In this document: piece after piece, positions 33,309 to 42,945 of the stretch
Position numbering within the stretch: the first letter of the stretch is position 1
Layout: every line of letters begins with the position of its first letter
Sequence record: SRR22947727_339
Length of the DNA: 64,000 nucleotides
Direction: 5' to 3' (one strand)
Position numbers and translations under genes: made by a program
Notes under the pieces: model-generated
Databases searched by the model: none
What the model was told of the DNA's origin: nothing
What the model saw: only the letters and a program-made list of their open reading frames with translations

Positions 33309-36261
33309 CTACATTTCTCCCTGACCGCATCCACTCCTCTCTGCGGGCTAAGTGATCGTAATCACTATAATCATAAGTATACTTTACTCTTGGTTGACAA
33401 TAATAAATCGTCTCCTTTTTATCAAATTCAGTAATTAATTGCTCTAAATTGTAGGCTCCATCAGCAATCATTGTATCAACAGTTGAAGAACTATTTTTAC
33501 CCCCTAATTTCGTTTCAATATTATTGGAATCTAACTTAGCCTTAACGCGCACATAATCTAGCTCCGTAACCGTGACAGGCCCTATGCCATCAAAGGCACC
33601 TTTATTTAATAGATATCCTGATAATGGTAATTGAGGGTCGAAGCCCGCAACAACCTCTTTGTCTGAGGGGGGATTACCAGTCTTATAGTCTATAATCGCA
33701 TAGCCATCTTTACTTTTCATAATAAGGTCTGCTTTAGCAGTTAAAATAAAATCAAATTTATTAAGATATAATTCAGCTTTAATTTCAGTTGCGTAAATCG
33801 ACCAGCCAGCATTAAATTTTCTTAGCATCCAATCTACTATATTCTTCGCAATTTTTTCAGTCCTAATTTTATTCTTATAAACTTCGTTATCGTTAAAACC
33901 TGCTTCAATTTGAGCTTTATTTAATTCTTCGCTTAATAGCTTTGTAGCATTTATTGGTAATCTTTCTTTATGAAGGTCAAAGAAACTTTCTAATCCTTGA
34001 TGCATTGCGGTTCCATATTCCCTGGAACCTATATCCATATCAAGTGGATCAAGAGAAGCCAAATTAAGAATATATCTAGCATATATAGAGTAAGGGTCAC
34101 GTATCATTTTTGTAACAGACGTAACTGATAATTTTCTTTTATTAGGCCACCGGTTTATTAATTCAGGGCTAGGAGTAGGTTTAGAAATTTGACTATCATT
34201 GTACTCATCAAGTGAGACCGCATCGAGACCGCGGGACCACTCAAGATAATGATTGGAAGAATATAATAATTCAGTCGAGTTTTCTCCTAGAGCTCCATTC
34301 ATCAAGGCTTGCAAACGCCATAGCCAACGCGACGCGACATTAGGGGTGCCTTCAGAATTAATTGATCGCGTTATAATAACGTTAGAACAAGTTGCTAATT
34401 CAGAAAAATCATGGGCAGCTAATCCAAACCTTTTTTCTGGCAAAGATAATCCAATAGCACCCCTCATACCTCGTGATAAAAAAGGATCGCTCTTTGACTT
34501 AGCCGGCCATACCCCTTCATTTAAACCTCCCAAAATAATACGGTCAGCAGTTAGCAGTCTAGCCTCCAGAGGGCCCAGTATAGATAACCTAGGGTGCGTA
34601 CCATATCGAGGCCTAACAACTTGATCACGCATTAGTTGATTAAGAAGTTTTGAAAAATCTTTAGCATTTAAATTAGGTGTAATTTTGCCGTAAGATATTA
34701 GATCCTGAATTATTGACGAAAGCTTCTCACCAGATTCACCCACCCAAAGTCTTTCATCACCATATTGATCAGGGGTACTACAAATATTTTCTAAAACTTC
34801 AACTAAAGTTGTTGCCCACACATTAGCTGTCGATTTATCAATATTTGTTAATGGTAAAATGTATTGATGAAGTATTTGAACACATGAAATATCTTTAATA
34901 TTTTTATCTATTCTCAGGCCACGTATTTTCCATTCTAATCTAGACCAAGTATCAGATACTTTGCCTTCAAGTTCGCCTAATGTACTTAATCTATGTTTAA
35001 AGAAATTTGCTAAAGCTACTGGATTGCAGGGGTCAGTAATAACAGTCATAAGAGACGAGACCCAACTGCCAATTTCTGTTTCCTCTAATGGTTTACCCAA
35101 AGAGCTGTCTACATTCACGCCCCAACGTCTTAACTTTGATTTTACTCTTAGAGCTAAAGCAGGATCTGGTGTCACCAGTGAAGCTGTTTGATTCGGGTCT
35201 TCTAAAGTCTCTCTTAAAATAAGCGAAATACATGAAGCTTCTTCTTCATCATTTTCTGCTTCTAATATTGACAAGTTCTTTATAGCTTCTTCAAAAGGTT
35301 TACTACCTGCAGATTCAGTTTTTCTAATTGCTGCTATTCGACCAGGCCAGTCTCCCGTCCCTTGAACAGGAATAAGTGCTTCCGAGATAATTATTCTTCG
35401 TGCAGATAATCCATCATCCTCGTTAATATAAGGCCAGATTTTAATGTCTTTTGGACTGACACCTATTGTTTGAGTAAGTTTTTTCAATGAATATTGTGGA
35501 TGCTGTACACCAATATTCTCCCAAGAATCGCCTTCAAGGTTTTGCAAACCAGGTAGTACTATTAAACCTTCACCAAGATAAGACACACATTTAATAAGCT
35601 CTGCAGTAGCTTTTAAAGTACCTGTTGAACCGGCAATAATGACTGGGTATTTAGGCGGATTTTTATCCCATACAGATCGCAAGGCTTTGAGCAATGAAAC
35701 TCGTCTTGCCATTGGCCCCATTAAATTTAATTCGGCAAGTCGCTTGGGCCAATAATCTTGAATTACTTTATAAACCTCTATTGAATTTTGGTAATGTTCT
35801 GCTGAAAAATCTCTTATTTGATCAAGATTAGTAATATTTAAACTATCAATTTCCTCCATATCTGCATCATCTAATATACTAATTAGAGGATCTGACATCG
35901 CCAAAGCCGCAGCAATGTTCATAGGAACTGTTGAAATTTTATTATGATAATATAAAAGTAGTTTAGCTATTTCAAAGCGTCGCTGAATATTATTAATGGC
36001 AGGCTTCACCATTCCTGATAATTCTCCTGGTTCAAATGGTGGTTCTTCAGGGTTAATATCAGCTAAAGCTCTTATCCTTGGTAGAATAGAAGTACCGCTC
36101 TGAGATGCAAAAGTCTCACCTAGAGCTCTAACAGCCCTTCGTGTTGGCAATAAAATAAGAGCCTCCTTAAGGCGATCCCTATAAATATCTTTAAGGCCTC
36201 GGGCTAACGCAGGTAAGAATGCAACTCCAGATGGCATGTTATATACATTTGGACTAACCAT
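33301..36261 (-). CDS. addB: Double-strand break repair protein AddB
   Basis: LLPTRRA, IAGSTGT, GPLEARL, RDPYSIYA, IIDYKTG and YDHLAR; start is 36261 or 36270. Confidence 0.92.
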   Translation of the reverse strand: MVSPNVYNMPSGVAFLPALARGLKDIYRDRLKEALILLPTRRAVRALGETFASQSGTSILPRIRALADINPEEPPFEPGELSGMVKPAINNIQRRFEIAKLLLYYHNKISTVPMNIAAALAMSDPLISILDDADMEEIDSLNITNLDQIRDFSAEHYQNSIEVYKVIQDYWPKRLAELNLMGPMARRVSLLKALRSVWDKNPPKYPVIIAGSTGTLKATAELIKCVSYLGEGLIVLPGLQNLEGDSWENIGVQHPQYSLKKLTQTIGVSPKDIKIWPYINEDDGLSARRIIISEALIPVQGTGDWPGRIAAIRKTESAGSKPFEEAIKNLSILEAENDEEEASCISLILRETLEDPNQTASLVTPDPALALRVKSKLRRWGVNVDSSLGKPLEETEIGSWVSSLMTVITDPCNPVALANFFKHRLSTLGELEGKVSDTWSRLEWKIRGLRIDKNIKDISCVQILHQYILPLTNIDKSTANVWATTLVEVLENICSTPDQYGDERLWVGESGEKLSSIIQDLISYGKITPNLNAKDFSKLLNQLMRDQVVRPRYGTHPRLSILGPLEARLLTADRIILGGLNEGVWPAKSKSDPFLSRGMRGAIGLSLPEKRFGLAAHDFSELATCSNVIITRSINSEGTPNVASRWLWRLQALMNGALGENSTELLYSSNHYLEWSRGLDAVSLDEYNDSQISKPTPSPELINRWPNKRKLSVTSVTKMIRDPYSIYARYILNLASLDPLDMDIGSREYGTAMHQGLESFFDLHKERLPINATKLLSEELNKAQIEAGFNDNEVYKNKIRTEKIAKNIVDWMLRKFNAGWSIYATEIKAELYLNKFDFILTAKADLIMKSKDGYAIIDYKTGNPPSDKEVVAGFDPQLPLSGYLLNKGAFDGIGPVTVTELDYVRVKAKLDSNNIETKLGGKNSSSTVDTMIADGAYNLEQLITEFDKKETIYYCQPRVKYTYDYSDYDHLARREEWMRSGRNVDG

Positions 36262-36979
36262 TGTATCCATTTAATTTTACTTGATTAATCACAGCCTCTG
36301 CAGCAATTAATGAATTAGGATCTCCTACATGCATCCAATAGCCTGGCAATTGCATACCGTAGATTTTTTTTCTTTTTAAGCTTTCATCCCATATCTTATT
36401 CCGCGAAAATTTTTCTAATTTAAAAGATTTTGCTAGTGCAGGTTTAAATATTTGAACTCCAGCATAAATATATTCAGAGCTTTCATTTGTTCGTCTTGTA
36501 AGCCTATTATTTTTATCGAGATCAAAATCGCCCTTTCCACTGTAACCAAGTGACCACTCTGCCTTTGCGCACAACAAAAGTTCATCCATCTGATTTGGTT
36601 TCCAATAATTGATTAACTTTTCAAGAACTGGTTCAAATTCAATCCAAATCGAATCAATATTACAAATCAAAATAGGCTTTTGGCCTAGCATGGGCAATGC
36701 TTTAACAACCCCCCCACCTGTCTCTAAAAGTAGATCAGTCTCGTCGGAAATATCTATTTTAAGGCCAAAATTTACACTCCTTAAGTGTGATATCAAATGC
36801 GGGGCAAAGGCATGAACATTAACAATTACTTTTTCTATACCTATATGCTTAAGTCTTTTCAGCATATGGTCAATTAATGGTTTCCCATCAATTTTTACCA
36901 TTGCCTTTGAAATATTACTTGTAAGTGGTCGCATTCTAGTTCCGTAACCCGCTGCCATTACCATTGCCGTTTTAATCAT
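36254..36979 (-). CDS. murU: Nucleotidyltransferase, MurU-like (MurNAc-1-P uridylyltransferase)
   Basis: AAGYGTRMRPLT, LLETGGG and WMHVGDP; follows an AmgK-like gene. Confidence 0.78.
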   Translation of the reverse strand: MIKTAMVMAAGYGTRMRPLTSNISKAMVKIDGKPLIDHMLKRLKHIGIEKVIVNVHAFAPHLISHLRSVNFGLKIDISDETDLLLETGGGVVKALPMLGQKPILICNIDSIWIEFEPVLEKLINYWKPNQMDELLLCAKAEWSLGYSGKGDFDLDKNNRLTRRTNESSEYIYAGVQIFKPALAKSFKLEKFSRNKIWDESLKRKKIYGMQLPGYWMHVGDPNSLIAAEAVINQVKLNGYNG

Positions 36980-38054
36980 AAAAAATCTCAGGTATATGTT
37001 GCTCCAACCATTGTCTCAACTCATAGCAGGCTGGGGTATTAAGGTTTCTCACAAGGTGCTTTTTAACTCGGGGTATAAGATCAATATATTGCAACTTTTT
37101 ATCACGTTTAGCCAGTCTTACAAAGATACCTAAAATTTTTGAATTACGCTGTGCTCCCATAACAGCATATGCTGATTGAAATTTTTCATCATTTTTAATA
37201 CCTGCTTTCTGGCAAAACCTATCGATTAAAATTTCTTCGAGCTCTGGTGAGACATCACGCCGAGCATCTTCTACTAAACTCACCAGATCATATGAAGGAT
37301 GAACAAAAAGAGCATCTTGAAAGTCAATTAGACCAATTTTTGATACTTCCTGCCGTTCACTAAGCCAAAAGATATTTTCAGCATGAAAGTCTCTTAACCC
37401 CAAGCCTGAAGCTGCCGATTTAAACGTAACAAAAAGTTTTTTCCATATTGAATGCCATTCTTGCCGTGCCTGATTATCAATTAGATGACCCAGATCTTTC
37501 GCATACCAATCTAAAAGTAAATCCACTTCAGTAAGCATCGCCAAATCATCATATTCCTTTACTTCCCAATAAGAATTTTTAAAGTTCATTTTTCTTGAAA
37601 AAGTACATCTGTAAATGGCTGCCAAACAATCAACGGCGGCATAATACAATTTCTTTTCTTGGTTTTTATTATTTTGAATAAATTTAGAGAATAAATTATC
37701 CCCCAAATCCTCTAATAATAACAACCCCATATCTAAGTCCGATGCAAAGATTTTTGGTGCTGAAAAACCCCTTATACGTAGTTCATTCGAAACACAGATG
37801 AATGCCTCTAATCTATTTCCTGCTAGTCGAGCCAGTGAGTTATATCCTATACGTTCACGATTATTAGTTTTTTTATTTTCAATTTCATAATTTTTTGGGT
37901 TTGCCTTAGGTGTGATCATTAATATAGCACTTTGATTTTTACTGCTTACTCTCTCGTATGTGCGCGATGAAGCATCTCCTTTAATTTGAGTACGTTCAAA
38001 ATTCTGCCACCCACTTCTATTTAGAAAAATTTCTATATCCTTTGAAGTAGTCAT
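36972..38054 (-). CDS. amgK: APH-family phosphotransferase, AmgK-like anomeric MurNAc/GlcNAc kinase
   Basis: GDASSRTYER, LLLEDLG, RDFHAEN, IDFQDA and YDLVSL; tsaE-amgK-murU synteny. Confidence 0.8.
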   Translation of the reverse strand: MTTSKDIEIFLNRSGWQNFERTQIKGDASSRTYERVSSKNQSAILMITPKANPKNYEIENKKTNNRERIGYNSLARLAGNRLEAFICVSNELRIRGFSAPKIFASDLDMGLLLLEDLGDNLFSKFIQNNKNQEKKLYYAAVDCLAAIYRCTFSRKMNFKNSYWEVKEYDDLAMLTEVDLLLDWYAKDLGHLIDNQARQEWHSIWKKLFVTFKSAASGLGLRDFHAENIFWLSERQEVSKIGLIDFQDALFVHPSYDLVSLVEDARRDVSPELEEILIDRFCQKAGIKNDEKFQSAYAVMGAQRNSKILGIFVRLAKRDKKLQYIDLIPRVKKHLVRNLNTPACYELRQWLEQHIPEIFYD

Positions 38055-38476
38055 AAATTTTTTTCAAAACCTTCCAGATAAGCTAATCGACCATTATCAT
38101 CAAATTTTAGATAAATATTATAAATATTTTTCGGTAATAAAGAACCAAGTTTTTCTGGCCATTCAATTACACAAACAGCATCTTCAAAGGCATCAAACAA
38201 CCCAAGTTCATGTGCATCTTCAGGATATTCTAATCGATACATATCACAGTGCCATAGTTCAAAATTTTTCATATCATATATTTGTACTAATGTATAAGTA
38301 GGAGAAGGAACCTCTATATTTCCAAGTTCAGATTGTATCATTCCGCGAGCAAGTGTAGTTTTACCGGCGCCTAAATCTCCTGTTATTGCCAAGACATCAC
38401 CTTTGGTCAAAGTCTCCATAAGTTTAGACCCAAGGTTTAATGTATCATTTTCATTTGATAATTGTACAACTTGCAT
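38051..38476 (-). CDS. tsaE: tRNA t6A biosynthesis ATPase TsaE
   Basis: GDLGAGKTT, VPSPTYTLVQ, HCDMYRL and IEWP; true start is likely ATG 38476 because the ORF-track extension overlaps the ferredoxin gene. Confidence 0.93.
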   Translation of the reverse strand: MQVVQLSNENDTLNLGSKLMETLTKGDVLAITGDLGAGKTTLARGMIQSELGNIEVPSPTYTLVQIYDMKNFELWHCDMYRLEYPEDAHELGLFDAFEDAVCVIEWPEKLGSLLPKNIYNIYLKFDDNGRLAYLEGFEKNL

Positions 38477-38481
38477 GCGGC

Positions 38482-38522
38482 ATTGATACGCGCTTGCAAA
38501 TTGATGACAAGCCTCTAAATAA
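38482..38522. promoter_or_regulatory. Putative overlapping divergent sigma70-type promoters (tsaE operon / ferredoxin)
   Basis: GCTTG-N11-CAAGC inverted repeat gives TTGCAA-N16-TAAATA on the + strand and TTGTCA-N16-TATCAA on the - strand. Confidence 0.45.
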
Positions 38523-38549
38523 GAAAAAACTAATCCACAGGGACAAAAT

Positions 38550-38867
38550 ATGCCAAAAATTAATTTCATAGACTCTGAAGGCACAAATCGAGTGGTCGAA
38601 ACCAAAAATGGAACATCAGTAATGGAAGCAGCGGTACAGAATATGATACCAGGCATTGATGCTGACTGCGGCGGGGCTTGCGCCTGCGCAACATGTCATG
38701 TTTATATATCTGACGATTGGATAGGTAAATTAAAAGCTAAAGATGACATGGAGGACTCAATGCTAGATTTTGCAGAAGAAGTCCAAGATAATTCAAGACT
38801 ATCTTGTCAGATACTTATGAATGATGAACTTGATGGTATCACTGTCACCACACCAGAAAATCAGTAG
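38550..38867 (+). CDS. 2Fe-2S ferredoxin, adrenodoxin/putidaredoxin type
   Basis: CGGACACATCH and SRLSCQ. Confidence 0.93.
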   Translation: MPKINFIDSEGTNRVVETKNGTSVMEAAVQNMIPGIDADCGGACACATCHVYISDDWIGKLKAKDDMEDSMLDFAEEVQDNSRLSCQILMNDELDGITVTTPENQ

Positions 38868-38869
38868 GC

Positions 38870-41311
38870 CTAAATAGATTTATTAAACAACTCGACATGA
38901 GACTGAGCTTCTGGAGCTTCTCTAGGTAAGTATATACTAACACATGTACCCACTTCCTCTTCTGACTCTAACTCTACCCAGCCTCCATGGCGCTCTACAA
39001 ACCTTTGAACCAGAGCTAGACCTAAACCGGTTCCGCCGCGACTACTTTTAAATGAACTAAAAACTTGGGGCTGTAGGTCTGTAGGTATTCCAACTCCATC
39101 ATCTTTAACCCATATAATGACTCCACCACCATCAGCTTTCTTTCCCCCAAGCTCAATAACCCCGCCAGGTTTTGTAAATCTCAAGGCATTAGTTAATAAA
39201 TTATACAACACCTGCTTTAATTTCACTTCATCTCCTCTAATTTTACCTATTTTAGAGTTTGATTTTAAGGCTAGTGAGATTTTAGTGTCCTCTGCCTTAG
39301 TGGCTACATAGTCCAAAGACTGCTCAAGTATTTGATGAATCTCAATATCACTTAATTCTAAGTCAAGAACATTTGCTTCTATAGCAGCAATATCAAGAAT
39401 ATCATTAATTGTCTTAGCAAGGTCTTCAGATGCACTCTGAATTGCAAAAATATACTCACTTTGCTTATCTGTGATTTCTCCAGCGCCGCTATTTTGAAGA
39501 AATTCAGAATATCCAGAAATCGTTGTTAATGGTGTACGTAACTGATAGCTGACATGTCCTACAAACTCTGACTTCATACGATCCGCCTGTTCTAATGCTT
39601 CTGCTCTCTCTATCAAAGCAGCTTGTGCCTTTCTAGCGCTTGTTACATCCTCCCATGCCAATAAAGTTGCCCCATCAGGAAGTGGACGGGAAAGCCATGT
39701 GAAAATTCGGCTGTCAGAACGTATGATTTCCCCAGAGTCTTGATGTCGAATTTCTGGGTTAGGGTTTGTTGCTCTTGCTCGCAAACTATTCCAGAAATCT
39801 GAATTATTATATAATGGTAAGCATAACTTAATTAAATAGGAAAAACGCGGGGAGTTCTCTAAATCATCGCCAGAAAGATTCCATATCGTTGCAAAGGCTG
39901 CATTGTGAATTCTTAATCTACCATCAGTTCCAAAAACAGCTATCCCTTCAGATAATTTGTCCAATGTTGCTTTTTGTACATTAATTAGCCTTCCCAATTC
40001 AGTCTTTAATTTTACTGAGTCAGTCATATCAGAAAAAAGTAGCGAAACACCTCCGTGTAAGTCACGCATTCTAACGAGCCTTAATGTTTTTCCATCTGGT
40101 AATGACCAAATTTCGTCAGGCATTTCTTCAGGCCATATTTTATAAAGCGCCAACTCAGAATTTTTCCATGAAACATAATCAGATTGCGCAGGGATAAGAT
40201 TTTTCTCATTCATATGATCAAGCCAACTTCCATGAGTAGGCCGAGTCTTAAGCCATTCACTGTCTATGGAGCAAAGAGAAGTAAATGCAGCATTATGAAA
40301 AGTTACTTTTTGATCAGAACCAAAAATTACAACAGCTTCATCCATTTTATTTAGAATTTCGTGATGAGCGGTTTTGTAAGTTGATAAATTTTGTTTTAAA
40401 CTTTCAACCTCAGCAGCATCAAGCGCAATACCTGCGACTCCCCCTGAAATTGGGTAGAGTGTTATTGAGGTAGGCTTATTATTTCCATGCAGGATTATGT
40501 TTCTTACATTTGTAAAAGACTTATTAGTCTCTAATGCTTTTTTTCCTTGAACAATAATTTTATTGTCTAAGTGATTTTGCTCTTCAATAACTTTAGCTGA
40601 GTTACCACCACCAACTGCATCTACATAAGCTGCATTCACCCAAGTTATCTTACCTGTGCTCGTCATCCTCCATTTGGGAAAAGGGGAACGGTTTAGAATT
40701 TCTGAAAAGCTTGATGTCACAGAATTTAATTGATTACTTGGATTAGCATTTGATGAAAGTAATAACTTCAAATCAATAGTATTATTTTTATTGCTATTTA
40801 GCCAAAGGACAATCTGATTTCCTGTAACACGGCCACTTACTTTTATAATCAACTCATCAGACAGACTAATAGTTATTGAAAAAGGTAGGCCTGTTTTGGA
40901 TAATCTAGCAATATTAATTCTTAAAGTTTCATTTGCGCCGTCTGAATTAGAAGTATTTAAATCAGCTATGAAATCTAGAAATTCGAGGAGTATACCATCG
41001 AGTGTGTCTGTGCTTTCTTGAGTATCTAACTCAGAAAAAAACTCCTGCGAACCATAATGCTTTGGCCGACCCCAACCTTTTTTTATATCTGGTATATAGC
41101 CTTCCCATATAATAGTTAGACCATCATACGACTCTAATACAGAAACAATCTTCTCGTTTTTATTGGATAAATTTAGATATTTAATTTTCCAAAACTGTAA
41201 CCTTTTTTTACTAATAAAAAAAACTAATAGTAAAATAATAATTAGTAATACAACCAAAAATACAGAAGCCAAAGAAACGACTGAATCGATATCTAATGTT
41301 TCTTTAAACAC
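38870..41311 (-). CDS. divL: Multi-PAS histidine-kinase-like protein DivL (Tyr in place of the phospho-His)
   Basis: N-terminal TM, several PAS-like segments, H-box HVSYQLRTPL with Tyr, and HATPase motifs NLLTNA, DDGVG and GTGLGL; near tsaE-addAB. Confidence 0.82.
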   Translation of the reverse strand: MFKETLDIDSVVSLASVFLVVLLIIILLLVFFISKKRLQFWKIKYLNLSNKNEKIVSVLESYDGLTIIWEGYIPDIKKGWGRPKHYGSQEFFSELDTQESTDTLDGILLEFLDFIADLNTSNSDGANETLRINIARLSKTGLPFSITISLSDELIIKVSGRVTGNQIVLWLNSNKNNTIDLKLLLSSNANPSNQLNSVTSSFSEILNRSPFPKWRMTSTGKITWVNAAYVDAVGGGNSAKVIEEQNHLDNKIIVQGKKALETNKSFTNVRNIILHGNNKPTSITLYPISGGVAGIALDAAEVESLKQNLSTYKTAHHEILNKMDEAVVIFGSDQKVTFHNAAFTSLCSIDSEWLKTRPTHGSWLDHMNEKNLIPAQSDYVSWKNSELALYKIWPEEMPDEIWSLPDGKTLRLVRMRDLHGGVSLLFSDMTDSVKLKTELGRLINVQKATLDKLSEGIAVFGTDGRLRIHNAAFATIWNLSGDDLENSPRFSYLIKLCLPLYNNSDFWNSLRARATNPNPEIRHQDSGEIIRSDSRIFTWLSRPLPDGATLLAWEDVTSARKAQAALIERAEALEQADRMKSEFVGHVSYQLRTPLTTISGYSEFLQNSGAGEITDKQSEYIFAIQSASEDLAKTINDILDIAAIEANVLDLELSDIEIHQILEQSLDYVATKAEDTKISLALKSNSKIGKIRGDEVKLKQVLYNLLTNALRFTKPGGVIELGGKKADGGGVIIWVKDDGVGIPTDLQPQVFSSFKSSRGGTGLGLALVQRFVERHGGWVELESEEEVGTCVSIYLPREAPEAQSHVELFNKSI

Positions 41312-41404
41312 ATAAAACCTTTCAATTAATCGGGCATAGCCTGAACTACAACAATTTAAAAGATCTGTTTTTAGAAGTAATCTGTAAGATTTAAAACTTA
41401 ATGG

Positions 41405-42766
41405 TCAATGGGTATTATTTTGAATTAAAGATACTAATTCACCCTTTATTTTATTTACTTTAGATTCATTATCGCTCTCAACCATTACTCTAATAAGTTT
41501 TTCAGTGCCCGACGGTCGAACTAATATACGCCCAGAGTTTCCAAGCATCACTTGCGACTCTTTTATGGCAGAAATAACCTCAGGTTTTTCCAGCGGTGAA
41601 GTTCCACTAAATGGAATATTCTCCAATACTTGGGGTACAGTTTCAAAGACATTAAGTACTTCACTGGCAAGCCTACCAGAACGTATTATTTGCGCTAAAA
41701 TTTGCAAAGATGCTATTGTTCCATCCCCTGTTGATGCAAAGTCAGTCATTAATATGTGTCCAGACTGCTCTCCCCCCAGATTATATCCACCTTCTAGCAT
41801 ACGGGCTGCAACGTGCCGATCACCTACATTAGTTCTAATAAAGTCAAGCCCCTGACCTTCAAAGTAACGCTCAAGGCCAAGGTTTGACATAACCGTGGAA
41901 ACTACTCCACCATTGGTTAATTGATCATTATTTCTCCAACCCGTTGCAATTAAAGCTAGAAGCTGGTCACCATCAATCAAGTTACCTTTTTCATCACAAA
42001 TGAGGACTCTATCAGCATCACCATCTAAAGCTATTCCAATATCCGCACCGGTTTCGAGTGTTTTACTAATTATTGCATCAGTATGAGTTGAACCACATTT
42101 ATCGTTTATGTTACTACCATTCGGGGACACTCCTATTGAAATAACTTCGTCTGCGCCTAATTCCCAAAAAGTATCAGGAGCTGTTTTATAAGCCGCACCG
42201 TTAGCACAATCTATAACTATCTTCATACCTTTCAGGCTCATACCAAGTGGAAATGTCCTTTTAGCAATTTCGATATATCTAGCCTGAAAGTCTTCATATC
42301 TTCTAACACGTCCTAACTTTTCATTTATAGCAAGCCCCTTTTTCCATCCTTCTCTCATTAAAGCTTCAATCGCTAATTCTGCTTCATCAGAAAGCTTTCT
42401 TCCATCAGGGCCAAATAACTTTATGCCATTATCAGAAAAACCATTATGCGATGCTGTAATCATAACGCCAAGGTCTGCCCTTAGACGCGTAGTCAATAAA
42501 GCGACACCTGGCGTTGGGATAGGGCCGCAGAGTTTAACATCCATACCAACGGAAGCAAAGCCTGCAACAAGGGCTGGCTCAATCATATATCCAGATAATC
42601 GGGTATCTTTTCCTATAATTACAGAATGTTTGTGAATGTTATTTCGTAAAAAATACTTCCCTGCTGCCATACCAAACCTCATGACATTATCAGGAGTTAG
42701 CACTCCTACGTTCGCTGGGCCTCGAATGCCATCTGTTCCAAAAAAAAGTTTATTTTTTGCCATCAT
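41405..42766 (-). CDS. glmM: Phosphoglucosamine mutase
   Basis: [27 protein letters not shown] and RPSGTE. Confidence 0.95.
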   Translation of the reverse strand: MMAKNKLFFGTDGIRGPANVGVLTPDNVMRFGMAAGKYFLRNNIHKHSVIIGKDTRLSGYMIEPALVAGFASVGMDVKLCGPIPTPGVALLTTRLRADLGVMITASHNGFSDNGIKLFGPDGRKLSDEAELAIEALMREGWKKGLAINEKLGRVRRYEDFQARYIEIAKRTFPLGMSLKGMKIVIDCANGAAYKTAPDTFWELGADEVISIGVSPNGSNINDKCGSTHTDAIISKTLETGADIGIALDGDADRVLICDEKGNLIDGDQLLALIATGWRNNDQLTNGGVVSTVMSNLGLERYFEGQGLDFIRTNVGDRHVAARMLEGGYNLGGEQSGHILMTDFASTGDGTIASLQILAQIIRSGRLASEVLNVFETVPQVLENIPFSGTSPLEKPEVISAIKESQVMLGNSGRILVRPSGTEKLIRVMVESDNESKVNKIKGELVSLIQNNTH

Positions 42767-42945
42767 TAACCTAGGTGGATTGCTATTATGTATTTATTTC
42801 TTAAATCACTAAAGAAACTGAAGCAAATTAACAAACCTTAATTCAATTTAGAGGTTGTTTAATAGTCGATATTAAAAATGAAAGAGATTTAATACTGCGC
42901 GCATTTATCCATATACCGTCGCTATATAATTGCTTATAGAGGGAT

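Noticed and set aside
38477-38656. 60-aa N-terminal extension of TsaE in the ORF track
   Set aside because: It is the antisense shadow of the ferredoxin gene; TsaE similarity begins at ATG 38476.
42828-42841. CtrA-like TTAA...TTAA sites here and at 6072-6085
   Set aside because: The spacer is 6 nt rather than the canonical 7, and TTAA is very frequent in this AT-rich DNA.
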